Positions 10,598-21,700 of a DNA stretch of 64,000 bases are shown piece after piece. Made by a program: the position numbers and the translations under genes. Below the pieces are notes generated by a model. That model searched no databases. It saw only the letters and a list, made by a program, of their open reading frames with translations, and was not told the origin of the DNA. Position 1 is the first letter of the stretch; each line of letters begins with the position of its first letter. This DNA comes from an uncultured Gemmatimonadales bacterium (lineage in GTDB: Bacteria > Gemmatimonadota > Gemmatimonadetes > Longimicrobiales > RSA9): NCBI GenBank assembly GCA_963798085.1, contig CAWCRS010000007.1, positions 96,001 to 160,000 on the forward strand, in the 5' to 3' direction.

Positions 10598-11117
10598 GCA
10601 CAGCCGCGACCCAACCCGCTGTTCAGTCGCTGGCATATCTACTGCTGATAATGATCGAGACGAGCTCCAGCCGCCGCCAATCGAGACAGGATTGGACGCA
10701 GTCGGCTGTCCGACGCCAGAAAACTGACCCTGCTCAGGGCCGGGTCGGCATGCTCCGGGCTTCGCCCGGCCGGGGACCGGAGAGCGGGACGACGGAGCGA
10801 AGATCGGACTCGAAACCCCAACAGACTGTTTGGTACCCGCCACAGCGACTGCCAGGATACAGGCAGCGGGCTTCGAACGAGTCAGAATCGGACAATTGCG
10901 GGGCGCTACGCCCCATCCCGCGTTCGTCGCCTGGAGCGCCGGATATGACACATTGTTAGGTCCGCAGGTAACTTGCCCTGGAACCGAGGGCGCGGTCCTG
11001 CACGACAATCTGCGTCCACCCTACAGCGTCTGCCAGTGCCCGCTGCGATGATCCATGTCGGCTGCTCATTCAACAGGTGTAAGTCGGGATCGAACCTTCA
11101 TGCGCAGGGAGGCGCAG

Positions 11118-12578
11118 ATGCTTCCTCGAATTCGAAGTTCCACGGTTGCAGCGTGTGCCTTCGGACTGCTTGCGGCGTGCGCCGATCAGACCACAGGACC
11201 ATTTACCAGCGCACCGGCTGCCTATCTCATGGCGGACTACACGGCTCGAGATCTGGACGTCAGCAACTCGCCATGGAGCCTGGCAACCGGAATCAACGAC
11301 GCGGGCGCTATCGTCGGCGCAACCGGCTCCTCGCCGCCCCGCTTTCCGTGGGCATTCCTCTGGCGCGACGGCACCATGTTCGCGTTGGGTGTGGACCGGA
11401 TGGGCACGTGGGAAATGATCGGGGTCGACTACCCGCTGGCAGAGGATATCAACAACGCCGAGCAGGTGGCCATAACCGGTCAAAACAACGATGCCAATTC
11501 GTTCGCGTTCCGATGGGAGAACGGCACGATCCAGGATATCCTGTCGTTCAACAGCAGGTTCATCGAGGCGCGCGCCATCAATTCCGCTGGATCCGTGGTC
11601 GGCGTGAGCGGAGTCATGACCAACGAGTGGGAACCGCTGCCACCGATCGGCTTCGTCTGGAACGGCTGGATGGGAGGGCTCCCGCCACTGCCCGGCCACG
11701 AGAGGAGTGAGGCGCTGGACATCAATGACGCCGGTTCCATCGTGGGCGGGTCCTCAGGCCCCAGCTGGTGCGCTCCGCCTCCCGAGTCCGGCCGATGTGC
11801 CGGCCGGGCCGTGATGTGGCGCGGCGGGACGGTCATCGACCTGGGGACGCTGGGCGGCACCGCGGCGATCGCGACCGGCATCAATGACCGGGACCAGGTT
11901 GTTGGCTGGAGCACGACCGCCGGGAACGCCGCTGCGCACGCTTTCATCCGGGACAATGGTGTCATGACTGACCTGGGCACGCTGGGCGGCAACAGCTACG
12001 CCGAGGACATCAACAACCAGGGTCGTGTCGTGGGCGTCAGCTACCTCACGCCCAACGTGTACCACGCCGTGGTGTGGAATCGCGGGCAGATCCGTGACCT
12101 TGGCACGCTCGGCGGTGCTAACAGCGAGGCCAGGGCCGTCAACGCGAGTGGCGTGATCGTCGGCGTCAGCGATCTTCCCGGCAACACAGCCTATCACGCC
12201 ACGGTCTGGACGCCCGGCACGACCGTTCTGCCGAACAACCTCAATGTGCTTCCCAGCGACCCGGCCAACAGGATCCCGTGCCACAACCCGGATTACATGA
12301 TTCGTGTTGCCGTGCTGACACGCGGCCGGTTCGATGCGGCCAGCATTGATCCCGGGAGGCTGTCATTCGCGGGCGGGTACGCGACGTATGAGGGCTGGGA
12401 TTCCTTCGAGATCGCACACTACAAGGACGTCGACGGTGATGGTGATCTTGATCTGCTTGTGAATGTGCCGTTCATTTCCACGAACCTGAATTGCTCGTCC
12501 ACGCAGTTCGTGGTGACTGGCATGCTGCCTTCGGGACAGCCCATCATGATGATGGATCGCGTGCAGATGGTGAAGTGA
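11118..12578 (+). CDS. Lipoprotein with extracellular HAF repeats
   Basis: Lipobox LLAAC; repeated DLGTLGG..S.A..IN..G.VVG.S...HAF/HAV units; C-terminal DVDGDGDLDL; SD GGGAGG. Confidence 0.9.
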   Translation: MLPRIRSSTVAACAFGLLAACADQTTGPFTSAPAAYLMADYTARDLDVSNSPWSLATGINDAGAIVGATGSSPPRFPWAFLWRDGTMFALGVDRMGTWEMIGVDYPLAEDINNAEQVAITGQNNDANSFAFRWENGTIQDILSFNSRFIEARAINSAGSVVGVSGVMTNEWEPLPPIGFVWNGWMGGLPPLPGHERSEALDINDAGSIVGGSSGPSWCAPPPESGRCAGRAVMWRGGTVIDLGTLGGTAAIATGINDRDQVVGWSTTAGNAAAHAFIRDNGVMTDLGTLGGNSYAEDINNQGRVVGVSYLTPNVYHAVVWNRGQIRDLGTLGGANSEARAVNASGVIVGVSDLPGNTAYHATVWTPGTTVLPNNLNVLPSDPANRIPCHNPDYMIRVAVLTRGRFDAASIDPGRLSFAGGYATYEGWDSFEIAHYKDVDGDGDLDLLVNVPFISTNLNCSSTQFVVTGMLPSGQPIMMMDRVQMVK

Positions 12579-12590
12579 CATTTTCTCGGC

Positions 12591-12638
12591 GCTCCTGCGC
12601 GCATTCGCGAACGGCTCCATCGCGAAACGCGCAGGAGC
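12591..12638. terminator. Strong stem-loop between convergent genes (putative bidirectional terminator)
   Basis: GCTCCTGCGCG..TTCGCGA-loop-TCGCGAA.CGCGCAGGAGC. Confidence 0.55.
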
Positions 12639-12678
12639 CACCCGGCACCTCCGCACAGGCGCCACACCACAACAGAGG

Positions 12679-13710
12679 TCAGGCCGGCAGGCGCGCGGAT
12701 TTCCCCGCATCATCACTCCCCGCGCCCGCACTCTCCACGCTGACGATGTCCGGTGGCGTGGCTCCCGCGAAGCAGGCACGCAGGTTGGCGAGGACGCGGA
12801 GGCCCATGGCGGTGCGCGTTTCCAGTGTGGCGCTGCCGATGTGTGGCAGTAACACGACGTTTGGCGCGGCCAGCAGTGCGGGGGACACGCGGGGCTCGTT
12901 CTCGTAGACGTCCAGGCCGGCGCCCGCGATGCGGCCCGACTGCAGCGCAGCGACCAGGGCCGCTTCGTCGAGCAGCTCGCCGCGTGCGGTGTTGATGACG
13001 ACGGCGTGCGGGCGGAGGCGAGCCAGGCGCGAGTCATCCAGCAGGTGGTGCGTGGCGGGTGTCGCCGGTGCGTGCAGCGAGACAACGTCGCATTCCTCGA
13101 GCACGTCCTCGACGGACGCGCGCGGCTCGGCGCCCAGTGCCGCGCAGGTTTCGGGCGAGGGCGGGTGTGGTGTGTGGAAGAGCACGCGCATGCCGAAGCC
13201 CGCGCTGGCTCGCCTGGCCACGGCGCGGCCAATCCGCCCGAACCCGATGAGGCCGAGCGTCTTCCCGGAAACGCGCGTGCCGAAGATGTGCACGGGGCGC
13301 CAGCCAGCCCACTCGCCGGCGCGCAGCTCATGCTCGGCATCGCCCAGCCGACGCATGACCGCGAGCATGAGCGCCATCGTGAGGTCCGCGGTGCAGTCGG
13401 TCAGAACACCGGGCGTGTTGGTGACGACCAGACCGCGCGCCCGTGCCGCCCCGAGGTCGATGTGGTCCGTGCCCACACCGAAGTTCGCAATGATGCGGGC
13501 GCGCAGTGGCGAGGCGTCCATGGCGGCTGCTGTGACGCGGTCACCGATCGTTGGAATGACGGCGTCAGCTTCGGCAAACGCGATGCGCAGGGCGGACTCG
13601 TCCAGCCGCTCGTCCGACAGGTTCCCTCGCGTATCGAACTCGCGCGCCAGCGCGGCTTCCACTGCCACTGGCATGCGGCGGGTGGCGAACACGACAGGTT
13701 TCTGCTGCAT
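12679..13710 (-). CDS. D-2-hydroxyacid dehydrogenase (glyoxylate/hydroxypyruvate reductase family)
   Basis: NFGVGTDHID, NTPGVLT, GLIGFGRIG, INTARG, GAGLDVYENEP and LLPHIGSAT; SD GGAGGAG. Confidence 0.93.
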   Translation of the reverse strand: MQQKPVVFATRRMPVAVEAALAREFDTRGNLSDERLDESALRIAFAEADAVIPTIGDRVTAAAMDASPLRARIIANFGVGTDHIDLGAARARGLVVTNTPGVLTDCTADLTMALMLAVMRRLGDAEHELRAGEWAGWRPVHIFGTRVSGKTLGLIGFGRIGRAVARRASAGFGMRVLFHTPHPPSPETCAALGAEPRASVEDVLEECDVVSLHAPATPATHHLLDDSRLARLRPHAVVINTARGELLDEAALVAALQSGRIAGAGLDVYENEPRVSPALLAAPNVVLLPHIGSATLETRTAMGLRVLANLRACFAGATPPDIVSVESAGAGSDDAGKSARLPA

Positions 13711-13889
13711 GCGACGCTCCTCCTCCTTCTGCCGGGCGCATCCGCGGCGCTTGCCGGTGGCCATGGGCGCATGACGGCCCGGCCGCGTGCGCCGGCCCGG
13801 GCCTCGCCGGACACGGGCGGGGTGAGTATAGTGCAGAGCGAAGTAGCACGCGTGGCCTCGCCGCGCAGCCCCGACCCAGGTCGCTAACC

Positions 13890-14577
13890 GTGCAACAGGC
13901 CTGCTTCGACCCGGATACGTTCGCCTTCCTGCGCGAGCTGAAGCTGAACAACGCGCGCGAGTGGTTCGAGCGCAACAAGTCGCGTTATCGGAAGAGCGTG
14001 CAGGAGCCGGCGGTCCGTTTCGTCACCGCCTTTGCGCCACAGCTGCGCCAGATCAGTACGCATTTCCGCGCCGATCCCCGGCCGGTGGGTGGCTCGATCT
14101 TCCGCATCTATCGCGACACGCGATTCTCGCGCGACAAGAGCCCCTACAAGACGCATCTCGGCATCCATTTCCGGCACGACGGCGGCAAGGATGCACACAC
14201 GCCCGGTTACTACCTGCACATCGAGCCGGGCTCCGTGTTCGTGGGCATGGGCATTCTGGCAGCCGGACAGCGCCTCGCTCAAGTGTGTACGCGATCACAT
14301 TGTCGAGGATCCCGTGGGCTGGAAGCGCGCAGCCCACAGCACGGCGCTGCGCGAACGCTTCGAGATGACCGGCGAGTCACTCGTGCGTGTGCCGGCCGGT
14401 TACGACGCGCAACACCAGCACATCGCGGACCTGAAGCGAAAGGACTACGTCGTGCTGGCGCACATGGAAGAGCAGGATGCGCTGCGCGCGGACTTCCTCG
14501 AGCTGTTCACCGGGCACTGCCGCGCGGGTTCGCCGTTCATGCGCTTTCTCTGCGCGGCGCTGGACGTGCCCTTCTGA
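13890..14577 (+). CDS. DUF2461 (TIGR02453) family protein (frameshift near 14255)
   Basis: FLRELKLNNAREWF, SIFRIYRDTRFSRDKSPYKTH and GYYLHIEPG; C-terminus VPAGYDAQHQHIADLKRK lies in a second frame. Confidence 0.88.
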
Positions 14578-14593
14578 TCGGCGCAGCCCCGCC

Positions 14594-15940
14594 ATGTCCA
14601 CCGATCGCGAACGGTTGCTGCAGCTGTTTCAGGCAGCGGTGCAGGCGGCAGACCCGGGTCGCGCGCTGGCGAGCTCACTCGATGAGGCAGGGATCGACGG
14701 TACGGACCGCACCTGGCTGCTGGCGCTGGGCAAGGCTGCGCCGCGCATGGCTAACGCCGCGGTAGCATGGCTGTCGGCGCGCGGCCTGGAGCCTGCCGGT
14801 GGTGTGGTGGTGGCAGCCGAGGCGTCGGAGCCGCCGCACGCCGCACTGACGGTCGTGCGCGGCGACCACCCGTTGCCCGGCGCCAATTCGCTGCACGCCG
14901 CGCAGGCGCTGGAAGATGTGGTGCACCGGGTGCAGCCCCGCGACGAGGTCTGGGTCCTGCTTTCCGGCGGTACCAGCAGCCTGCTCGCGTCGCCGGTGCG
15001 CGGCATCACACCCGAGGAGCTGCACGACGCGTACGCGGTGCTGCTCGGCTCGGGGCTCGACATCGCCGCCATGAATCGCGTACGCAAACGCATCAGCCGC
15101 TGGGCCGGCGGCCGGCTGGCAGTGGCGCTGGCGCACGCACGCGTGCGCGTGTTCGTTGTCTCCAATGTTGCAGGCGACAATGTTGCCTCCGTTGGTTCCG
15201 GCCCGTGTGCACCGGATCCGTCGACCGCCATCAACGTGCGTGCGTTGCTCGATGAGGCGGATCTGCTGGAGCGCCTGCCGGCGTCGGTGCTGGATGTGCT
15301 CGAGCGCACTGCCAGGCGCATGCTGCCCGAGACGCCCAAGCCGGCGGACCCCGCCTTCCGCACGGTCACGACCGCACTCATTGCGAGCAACCGTGTGGCG
15401 CTCGACGCGGCGGCCGCGGCCGCGCGCGCCGCAGGACTGCAGGTGCGCGTGCGTCGCCGCCCACTCTCGGGCGACGCGGCCCGCTGCGGCCAGGCCATCG
15501 CGCGCCGGCTGCTGGAGGGCGAGCGGGCGGAGGCAGACGCCGGTGGCGGCGCCGCCGAGGCCAGTCCCGAACAGCCGGTTTGCTACTGCGCCGGCGGCGA
15601 AACTGTGGTCACGCTCGAGGAAGGCGTCGACGCGGGCAGGGGTGGTCGCTGTCAGGAACTGGCGCTGGCCGCGGCCGGCGTGCTGGCACAGGCCGTCGCA
15701 CCGCGCGTCACGCTGCTGGCCGCCGGCACCGATGGTCGCGACGGTCCGACCAATGCCGCCGGCGCCGTCGTCGACAACTCCACGTGGTCACGCATCCAGG
15801 AGACCGGCCAGGATCCCGCGACGCTGCTCGCCGCGCACGACGCCTACCGCGCACTGGGCGCCGCCGGCGCGCTGATCCGTACCGGCCCGACCGGTACCAA
15901 CGTGATGGATGTCGTGCTGGCGCTGGTGCAACCCGCATGA
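14594..15940 (+). CDS. Glycerate 2-kinase (MOFRL/DUF4147 family)
   Basis: ALGKAA, GDHPLP, LLSGGTSSL, GGETVV, GRGGRCQE, AGTDGRDG and TGPTGTNVMD. Confidence 0.92.
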   Translation: MSTDRERLLQLFQAAVQAADPGRALASSLDEAGIDGTDRTWLLALGKAAPRMANAAVAWLSARGLEPAGGVVVAAEASEPPHAALTVVRGDHPLPGANSLHAAQALEDVVHRVQPRDEVWVLLSGGTSSLLASPVRGITPEELHDAYAVLLGSGLDIAAMNRVRKRISRWAGGRLAVALAHARVRVFVVSNVAGDNVASVGSGPCAPDPSTAINVRALLDEADLLERLPASVLDVLERTARRMLPETPKPADPAFRTVTTALIASNRVALDAAAAAARAAGLQVRVRRRPLSGDAARCGQAIARRLLEGERAEADAGGGAAEASPEQPVCYCAGGETVVTLEEGVDAGRGGRCQELALAAAGVLAQAVAPRVTLLAAGTDGRDGPTNAAGAVVDNSTWSRIQETGQDPATLLAAHDAYRALGAAGALIRTGPTGTNVMDVVLALVQPA

Positions 15941-16962
15941 CACGCGCGTGGCCGCATCTTTTCAAACACACTGTTATCGTGCTTGCGGGCGGCCTGCTGC
16001 AGGCCGGCGGCGCCCGCGCGCAGCAGCTTCGTGTGCGCGTGCACGATGCCGAGGGCCGGCCCATCCCGCGCGCCGAAGTCGAGGTGCTGCTGGTGGCGTG
16101 GGGCGATATCCGCCGCGTGCCCATCCAGACCACGGGCGGGGTGGCACTCGTGCCGCTCAGCAATGGCTGGCTGAAACAGCAGTGGCCCGAGCGCTACCGC
16201 GACGTGGCGAACGCATTCGTCTACGTGCACGCGACCGGCCACGCGTCGGCGCTGTCGCGTCCGTTCGAGTACGCGGAGCCTGCGGTGCAGCCCGCTGACA
16301 CCGTGCGGGTTGCGTTCTCGAACGTGCGCGCAGCCGTGGCCGGCACCGGCGAGGGCGTGCTGACCCTCGTGCTTCCGCCCGCGGGGCTGCGTACGCTGAC
16401 ATTCGTGGATGATGCGGGTAAACCCGCGGCGGGCGTGCTGGTGCAGGCAAACATGTTCTGGTCGGATTCCAACCATTGCGGCGCGCTGGCGGGCGCCGAC
16501 TCGCTGATCGCGGCGGTCACCGATGCCCAGGGCCGGCTGCGCGTGCCCGACGGTGACATCGACTACGCGCTCGCGCTGCTCGATCGCGCGTGGGTCTTCG
16601 ACGAGCTGCGTACCGCGGACAGCGCGCGCACCATCCTCAAGCGGCGCATCGCCACACGCGAAGCCCGCCTCGCGCTGCACCATCTGGCGAGCGTGAATGT
16701 CGAGCTGCACGTGACCGAAGGTGAAACGCCGGCCGGCGGACTGGAACTCGTCGCGCGCGTTGCCGATTGTCCGTGCGGCGCCTGTTCCGGCTCACTGGGC
16801 AGGACCGATGCACAGGGCCGTCTGAGCCTCACCGGTTTTCACGCCGAAGAGTATGACGAGGTGAAGCTGGTGGACGCGGCCGGCCGCGTGCGCTGGCAGG
16901 GCAGAGCCACGGACTGGCTGCCGGGCGGCGTCATCGCGATCCGCCTGCGCAGCACACCCTGA
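15937..16962 (+). CDS. Secreted hypothetical protein with carboxypeptidase-regulatory-like beta domains
   Basis: ATGA overlap with the upstream gene; signal peptide; VHDAEGRPIPRAEV, VDDAGKPAAG and TDAQGR motifs. Confidence 0.6.
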   Translation: MTRAWPHLFKHTVIVLAGGLLQAGGARAQQLRVRVHDAEGRPIPRAEVEVLLVAWGDIRRVPIQTTGGVALVPLSNGWLKQQWPERYRDVANAFVYVHATGHASALSRPFEYAEPAVQPADTVRVAFSNVRAAVAGTGEGVLTLVLPPAGLRTLTFVDDAGKPAAGVLVQANMFWSDSNHCGALAGADSLIAAVTDAQGRLRVPDGDIDYALALLDRAWVFDELRTADSARTILKRRIATREARLALHHLASVNVELHVTEGETPAGGLELVARVADCPCGACSGSLGRTDAQGRLSLTGFHAEEYDEVKLVDAAGRVRWQGRATDWLPGGVIAIRLRSTP

Positions 16963-16972
16963 GGGAGAAACC

Positions 16973-17335
16973 ATGCTGGAGAAGGTGAATCTGCATCACA
17001 AGTTCTCGCTCTTCACGGAGCAGTGGAGCCCGCGCGTGGCGGGCGAACTGAATGGCCAGCAGGTAAAGCTGGCGAAGCTGCAGGGTGAGTTCGTCTGGCA
17101 TCAGCACGAGCATGAGGACGAGCTGTTCCTCGTGCTGCGTGGCCGCCTGCGGCTCGAGTTGCGCGATGGCGTCGTGGAACTGTCGCCCGGCGAGTTCGTC
17201 ATTGTGCCCCGTGGCGTCGAGCACCGGCCGGTAGCCGAGGAGGAAACGCACATCATGCTGTTCGAGCCGGCGTCCACGCTGAACACCGGCAATATCGTCA
17301 ACGAACGGACTGTGTCCGGGCTGGCGCGCATCTGA
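16973..17335 (+). CDS. Cupin domain protein
   Basis: GEFVWHQHEHEDELF...GEFVIVPRGVEHRP. Confidence 0.92.
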   Translation: MLEKVNLHHKFSLFTEQWSPRVAGELNGQQVKLAKLQGEFVWHQHEHEDELFLVLRGRLRLELRDGVVELSPGEFVIVPRGVEHRPVAEEETHIMLFEPASTLNTGNIVNERTVSGLARI

Positions 17336-17337
17336 GC

Positions 17338-18096
17338 ATGTATCGCCGCCTGGAGGAGAGTCAGATCCTGCACACGCTGGGTGTGCTGTCGCAGCGCATC
17401 GAGGAGCGCTTTCCCGGCTCGGGCCTGGGCAAGGTCTGTCGCGAGCTGCAGACCACGGCGCGGGAGGCGATGGACAACTTCGAATGGCTGCGCCGCCCCA
17501 TCTGGCCGGTGCGCATCGGTGTCACGCTGTTCATTGGCACACTGCTCGTACTGCTGGGCGCGCTGCTCGTCGCCGCTTTCCGCTCGCCTGTGGCCGCCGC
17601 GCTCAATCAGGTGCCGGCGGACAACCCGGGCGGCCTCTCGGAGTTCCTGCAGGGCGTGGAAGCACTGGTCAACGACATGGTGTTCATCGGCATCGCCATT
17701 TGGTTCGCACTGACGCTGGAAAGTCGGCTCAAGCGGCGGCGCGCGCTGCGTGCCATCCACGAGCTGCGCAGCATCGCGCACATCGTGGACATGCACCAGC
17801 TGACCAAGGATCCGGAACACCTGCTCAGCGCGCCTGCTAACACTGCGTCATCACCCACGCGTAACATGACGCGCGATCAGCTGGGGCGCTACCTGGACTA
17901 CTGCTCCGAGATGCTCAGCATTGCCAGCAAGCTGGCCGCGCTGTACGTGCAGAATTTCGCCGACCCGGTGGTGCTCGATGCCGTGGCCGAAGTGGAGACG
18001 CTGGCCACCGGGCTGTCCGGCAAGATCTGGCAGAAGATCAGCCTGATGCCGCCGCTCAGGGCCGAGCAGCCGGCTGCCGTCCAGGACAGCGCCTGA
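17338..18096 (+). CDS. Conserved hypothetical membrane protein
   Basis: Two TM segments; LHELRSIAHIVDMHQLTKDP-like and RYLDYCSEMLS motifs. Confidence 0.75.
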   Translation: MYRRLEESQILHTLGVLSQRIEERFPGSGLGKVCRELQTTAREAMDNFEWLRRPIWPVRIGVTLFIGTLLVLLGALLVAAFRSPVAAALNQVPADNPGGLSEFLQGVEALVNDMVFIGIAIWFALTLESRLKRRRALRAIHELRSIAHIVDMHQLTKDPEHLLSAPANTASSPTRNMTRDQLGRYLDYCSEMLSIASKLAALYVQNFADPVVLDAVAEVETLATGLSGKIWQKISLMPPLRAEQPAAVQDSA

Positions 18097-18211
18097 TCCT
18101 GCCGCGTTGCGGGAACTATTCCGCGCGCGGAGACGGAAAAAACCTGACAGACGCGCACCCGGCGCGAACGCATTACTGAAATGGCGGATGCGGACGCGAA
18201 AGGAGGGCGCC

Positions 18212-18517
18212 ATGTCGGCCCGGGCACTTTCGGACATTCTGATCTTCCTGGTACTGGTCGGAATCGGCTTCGTCTTCATTCGGCTGGAAGCCAATGCGCT
18301 GCAGCACTGGCGCGGGGTATGGCGCTGGCTGGCTGTGGCCCCGGCCGTGCTTGTCGCCTGGATCACGCTGGGCATTATCCTGAGCCCCGCAGCACACACG
18401 CTGTGGCAGATCGAGATCATTCTCTGGCTGGTGCCTGGCATGCTGCTGCTGCTGATCCTGCGCGGCGTGCTGCTGTATCGGACGCGCAGCCACGCCACAC
18501 CCGGCGCGCCCGGCTAG
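18212..18517 (+). CDS. Small 3-TM membrane protein
   Basis: SD AGGAGG before ATG 18212; three hydrophobic segments. Confidence 0.65.
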   Translation: MSARALSDILIFLVLVGIGFVFIRLEANALQHWRGVWRWLAVAPAVLVAWITLGIILSPAAHTLWQIEIILWLVPGMLLLLILRGVLLYRTRSHATPGAPG

Positions 18518-18706
18518 CGCAGAGCGGCTGCGGCCGGAGGCATGCGCGCGGCGCGCCCGCGGCGGAACGCGGGCACGCGAGTGGGAACCATGAAACAGGC
18601 AGAGGCCGGGGAGCGGCAGGAGGCTGCGCTTCTAACGGAGGGTTAACGGGGACGTGACGCCAGCCCCCTGCCCGACCCCTGGCCGGATCCGGCCACCGCG
18701 CAGGCT

Positions 18707-21700
18707 TCAGGCCGGCGCATTGCCGGTCTGCCCCTGCTGCAGTGTTTCCCGTACGCGGGCCACCAGTGACGCCGGCGTGAAGGGTTTCTCCAGGAGCGCA
18801 TCGCCGGGCTCGAGCATGCCCTGGCGGGTGGCGACTTCATCCGTGTATCCCGACATGAACAGCACCGCGAGCTCCGGGTGTGACTGCGCCAGTGCGTGTG
18901 CCAGCTCGCGCCCGTTCATTCCGGGCATGATGATATCCGTGAGCACCAGGTCGATGTGCGGCAGGCTGGCGCTCCGCTCGATGGCCTGGGCGCCATCGCG
19001 GGCTTCCACCACTTGATAGCCTACGCCGCGTAACGTACGCGCCGCGAGCGGGCGGACCACATCGTCGTCTTCCACCAGCAGCACGATCTCGCCGCGACCG
19101 TGCACGTCCGCCGTCGATGCCGCGGCCGCAGCTCCGGCCAGCAGCCGCGGCAGATAGATGCGGAAGGTCGTCCCCAGCCCCGGCTCGCTGGAGACGAAGA
19201 TGTGACCGCCGCTCTGTTTCACGATCCCGTACACCGAGCTGAGACCGAGGCCGCTGCCCTGTTCTGTACCGCCGCTTGCGAAGGGCTCGAAGATGTGTGC
19301 TCGCTCGCCTTCCGGAATGCCCGCGCCGGTATCGGAGACGGCAATCACGGCAAACTCGCCGGCCTCGATCTGGCCGAGGTGCTGCTCTTCGCCGGGCGCG
19401 ACCCTGAGCGTCGACACGCGCACCTCGAGTCGGCCGCCGCCGGGCATGGCATCGCGCGCGTTCACGGCGAGATTGAGCAGCACCTGGTCGAGCTGGGCGG
19501 GATCCGCGTGCACCAGCGCAGGCGAGTCCGGCAGTCGTACAGCCAGCTCGATGTCGTCGCCGATGAGCCGGCGCATCATGGGCACGACGCCCTCGACCAG
19601 GGCGACGATGTCCAGGTCACGCGGCCGCATCACCTGCCGGCGGCTGAACGCCAGCAGCTGCTGCGTCAGTGTGGCCGCGCGGTCCGCCGCCTTCTGGATT
19701 TCCTCGGCATCCTCGCGTCGCGGATCACCCAGGGGCAGCCCGGCGGCGAGGAACGACGAGTAGCCCTTGATGCCGGTGATCAGGTTGTTGAAGTCGTGCG
19801 CCACGCCCCCCGCCAGGCGGCCCACAGCGTCCATGCGCTGTGACTGGCGCGCCTGCTCTTCGAGCCTGCGCCTCGCCGTGACATCCTGCGCGATGCACAC
19901 GGCCGTACGCACTTCGCCCGCAGCGTCGAACTCGGGGTGCAGCCGGCAGATGAAGTGCTGCCGCTGGCCATCAGGCGCCACACGCGACAGCTCCACATCG
20001 CCGGTCGCGGCTTCGCGGAACACGCGTGTTACCGCTTCCTCGATCCTGCTGTAATGCTCGGCGAAGAACGTCTGGCAGCGCTGTGTCGCGGCTTCCGTGC
20101 TCGCCGCGGGAAGGCCGTCATAGCGCGCAATGGAGGGGCTGACGTAGAGGCAGCGCATGGCGCCATCGAAGCGCGCAATGATGTCCGGCGCACTCTCCAC
20201 GATGGCGCGATACTTCTCCTCGCTCTCGAGCAGCGCATCCTGCGCCGCGCGCAGGGCGGTGATATCGGTGAACGTCGTGTAGACCTGATAAGGCTGTGTT
20301 TGGCCGGGGCGGAACTGCGGGCGCGCGTGCACCAGCAGCCAGCGCCGGCGCTTTTCCCGGGCGTCCTGCACGCCCAGGATCACGCCATCCACTTCCCGGC
20401 CGGTGCGTAATGCGACCAGCGAGGGATGCTCGGCGGGCGGCAGCTCGCTGCCATCCTCGCGGATGGCCCGGAGCAGAGGATCGGCCGCCCCCCGCCCGTG
20501 CAGGTTCTCGAGCGGCACGCCCAGGATGCGCGCTGCGGCCGGATTCGCGCCCAGGATCTCGCCCGCGGCGTCCTGGTAGATGGCGCCCTGCGCCATGGTC
20601 TCGAACAGGGCCCAGTGACGCTCCTCCATGTCCTGGCGGGCGCGCTCCGCCTCGCGCAGCTGTGTCAGGTCCGAGATGGTGCCCAGCACGCGCAGCGGCT
20701 GACCCGCATCATCCCAGGCGACCACGCGGCCGGCGGAGAACAGCCACTTCACATCGCCGCTGCGCGTGCGCACCCGGAACTCCGCCTCGAAGGCGTCGCG
20801 CCGACCCGTCGCCAGGTCGTCGTGCAACACCAGCATGCGGGCCATGTCATCGGCGTGGATCAGGCTGCGCCAGCGGTCGAAGGACAGCTCGCGCACACTG
20901 CCCTCGAAACCCATCATCATCGCTAACTCGGGTGTCATGCTGATCACGCCCGAGCGCAGATCGCGATCGAACAGGCCCATGTTGGCGGCGCTCAGCGCCA
21001 GCCGCAGCCAGTCGCGCGTGTCGCGGATCTCCTGCTCCGTGCGCCGCGTCGCCGTCACATCGCGCGCCACTCCCTCGATGGCGATCAGCTGTCCCGCTTC
21101 GCGCACCGGGACCACGCGCAGCTCCACCCAGATGAGCCCGCCATCGCGGCGGGTCCAGCGCAGCAGCAGCGGCGCGTCGTAGGATTGGGGCCCCTGCCGC
21201 ATGATCTCTTCGATCTGCTGCCGATCGTCCGGGTGCGCCATGCGTACCAGCAGCTGCGGGTCCGCGTAGAGATCGTCGGGCGCGTAACCGGTAATCGCGT
21301 GCACTGCGGGACTGACATACTCGAACGCGGGGTCGGGCGCATTGCGGAAGCGGAAAATGATATCGGGCGCGTTCTCCGCGAGACGGCGGAACCGCTCTTC
21401 TGTTTCCTGCCGCGCACGTTCCGCGCGTTTCCGTTCCGTGATGTCCCGGGCAATGGCCGCAGCGCCAATGACCTGACCCGCATCATCGCGCACCGGCGCC
21501 ACGGCCACGGAAACGGAGATCAGCCGGCCATCCCGCGTCTGGCGTACGGTCTCGTAGTGCTCGACGTGGCCGCCCTCGCGAATGAGCGACAGGTTGCGTT
21601 CCATCTCGGACGCGAGGCCCAGCGGCGCCAGCATGAAGACGCCGCGGCCCACTGCCTCTTCCTCGCCGTAGCCGAAGAGAATGGCCGCGCCGCGGCTCCA

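Noticed and set aside
13890..14577. Programmed frameshifting in DUF2461, the NSS transporter, YeeE and others
   Set aside because: I saw no slippery sites or consistent signals; single-base sequencing errors are the simpler explanation.
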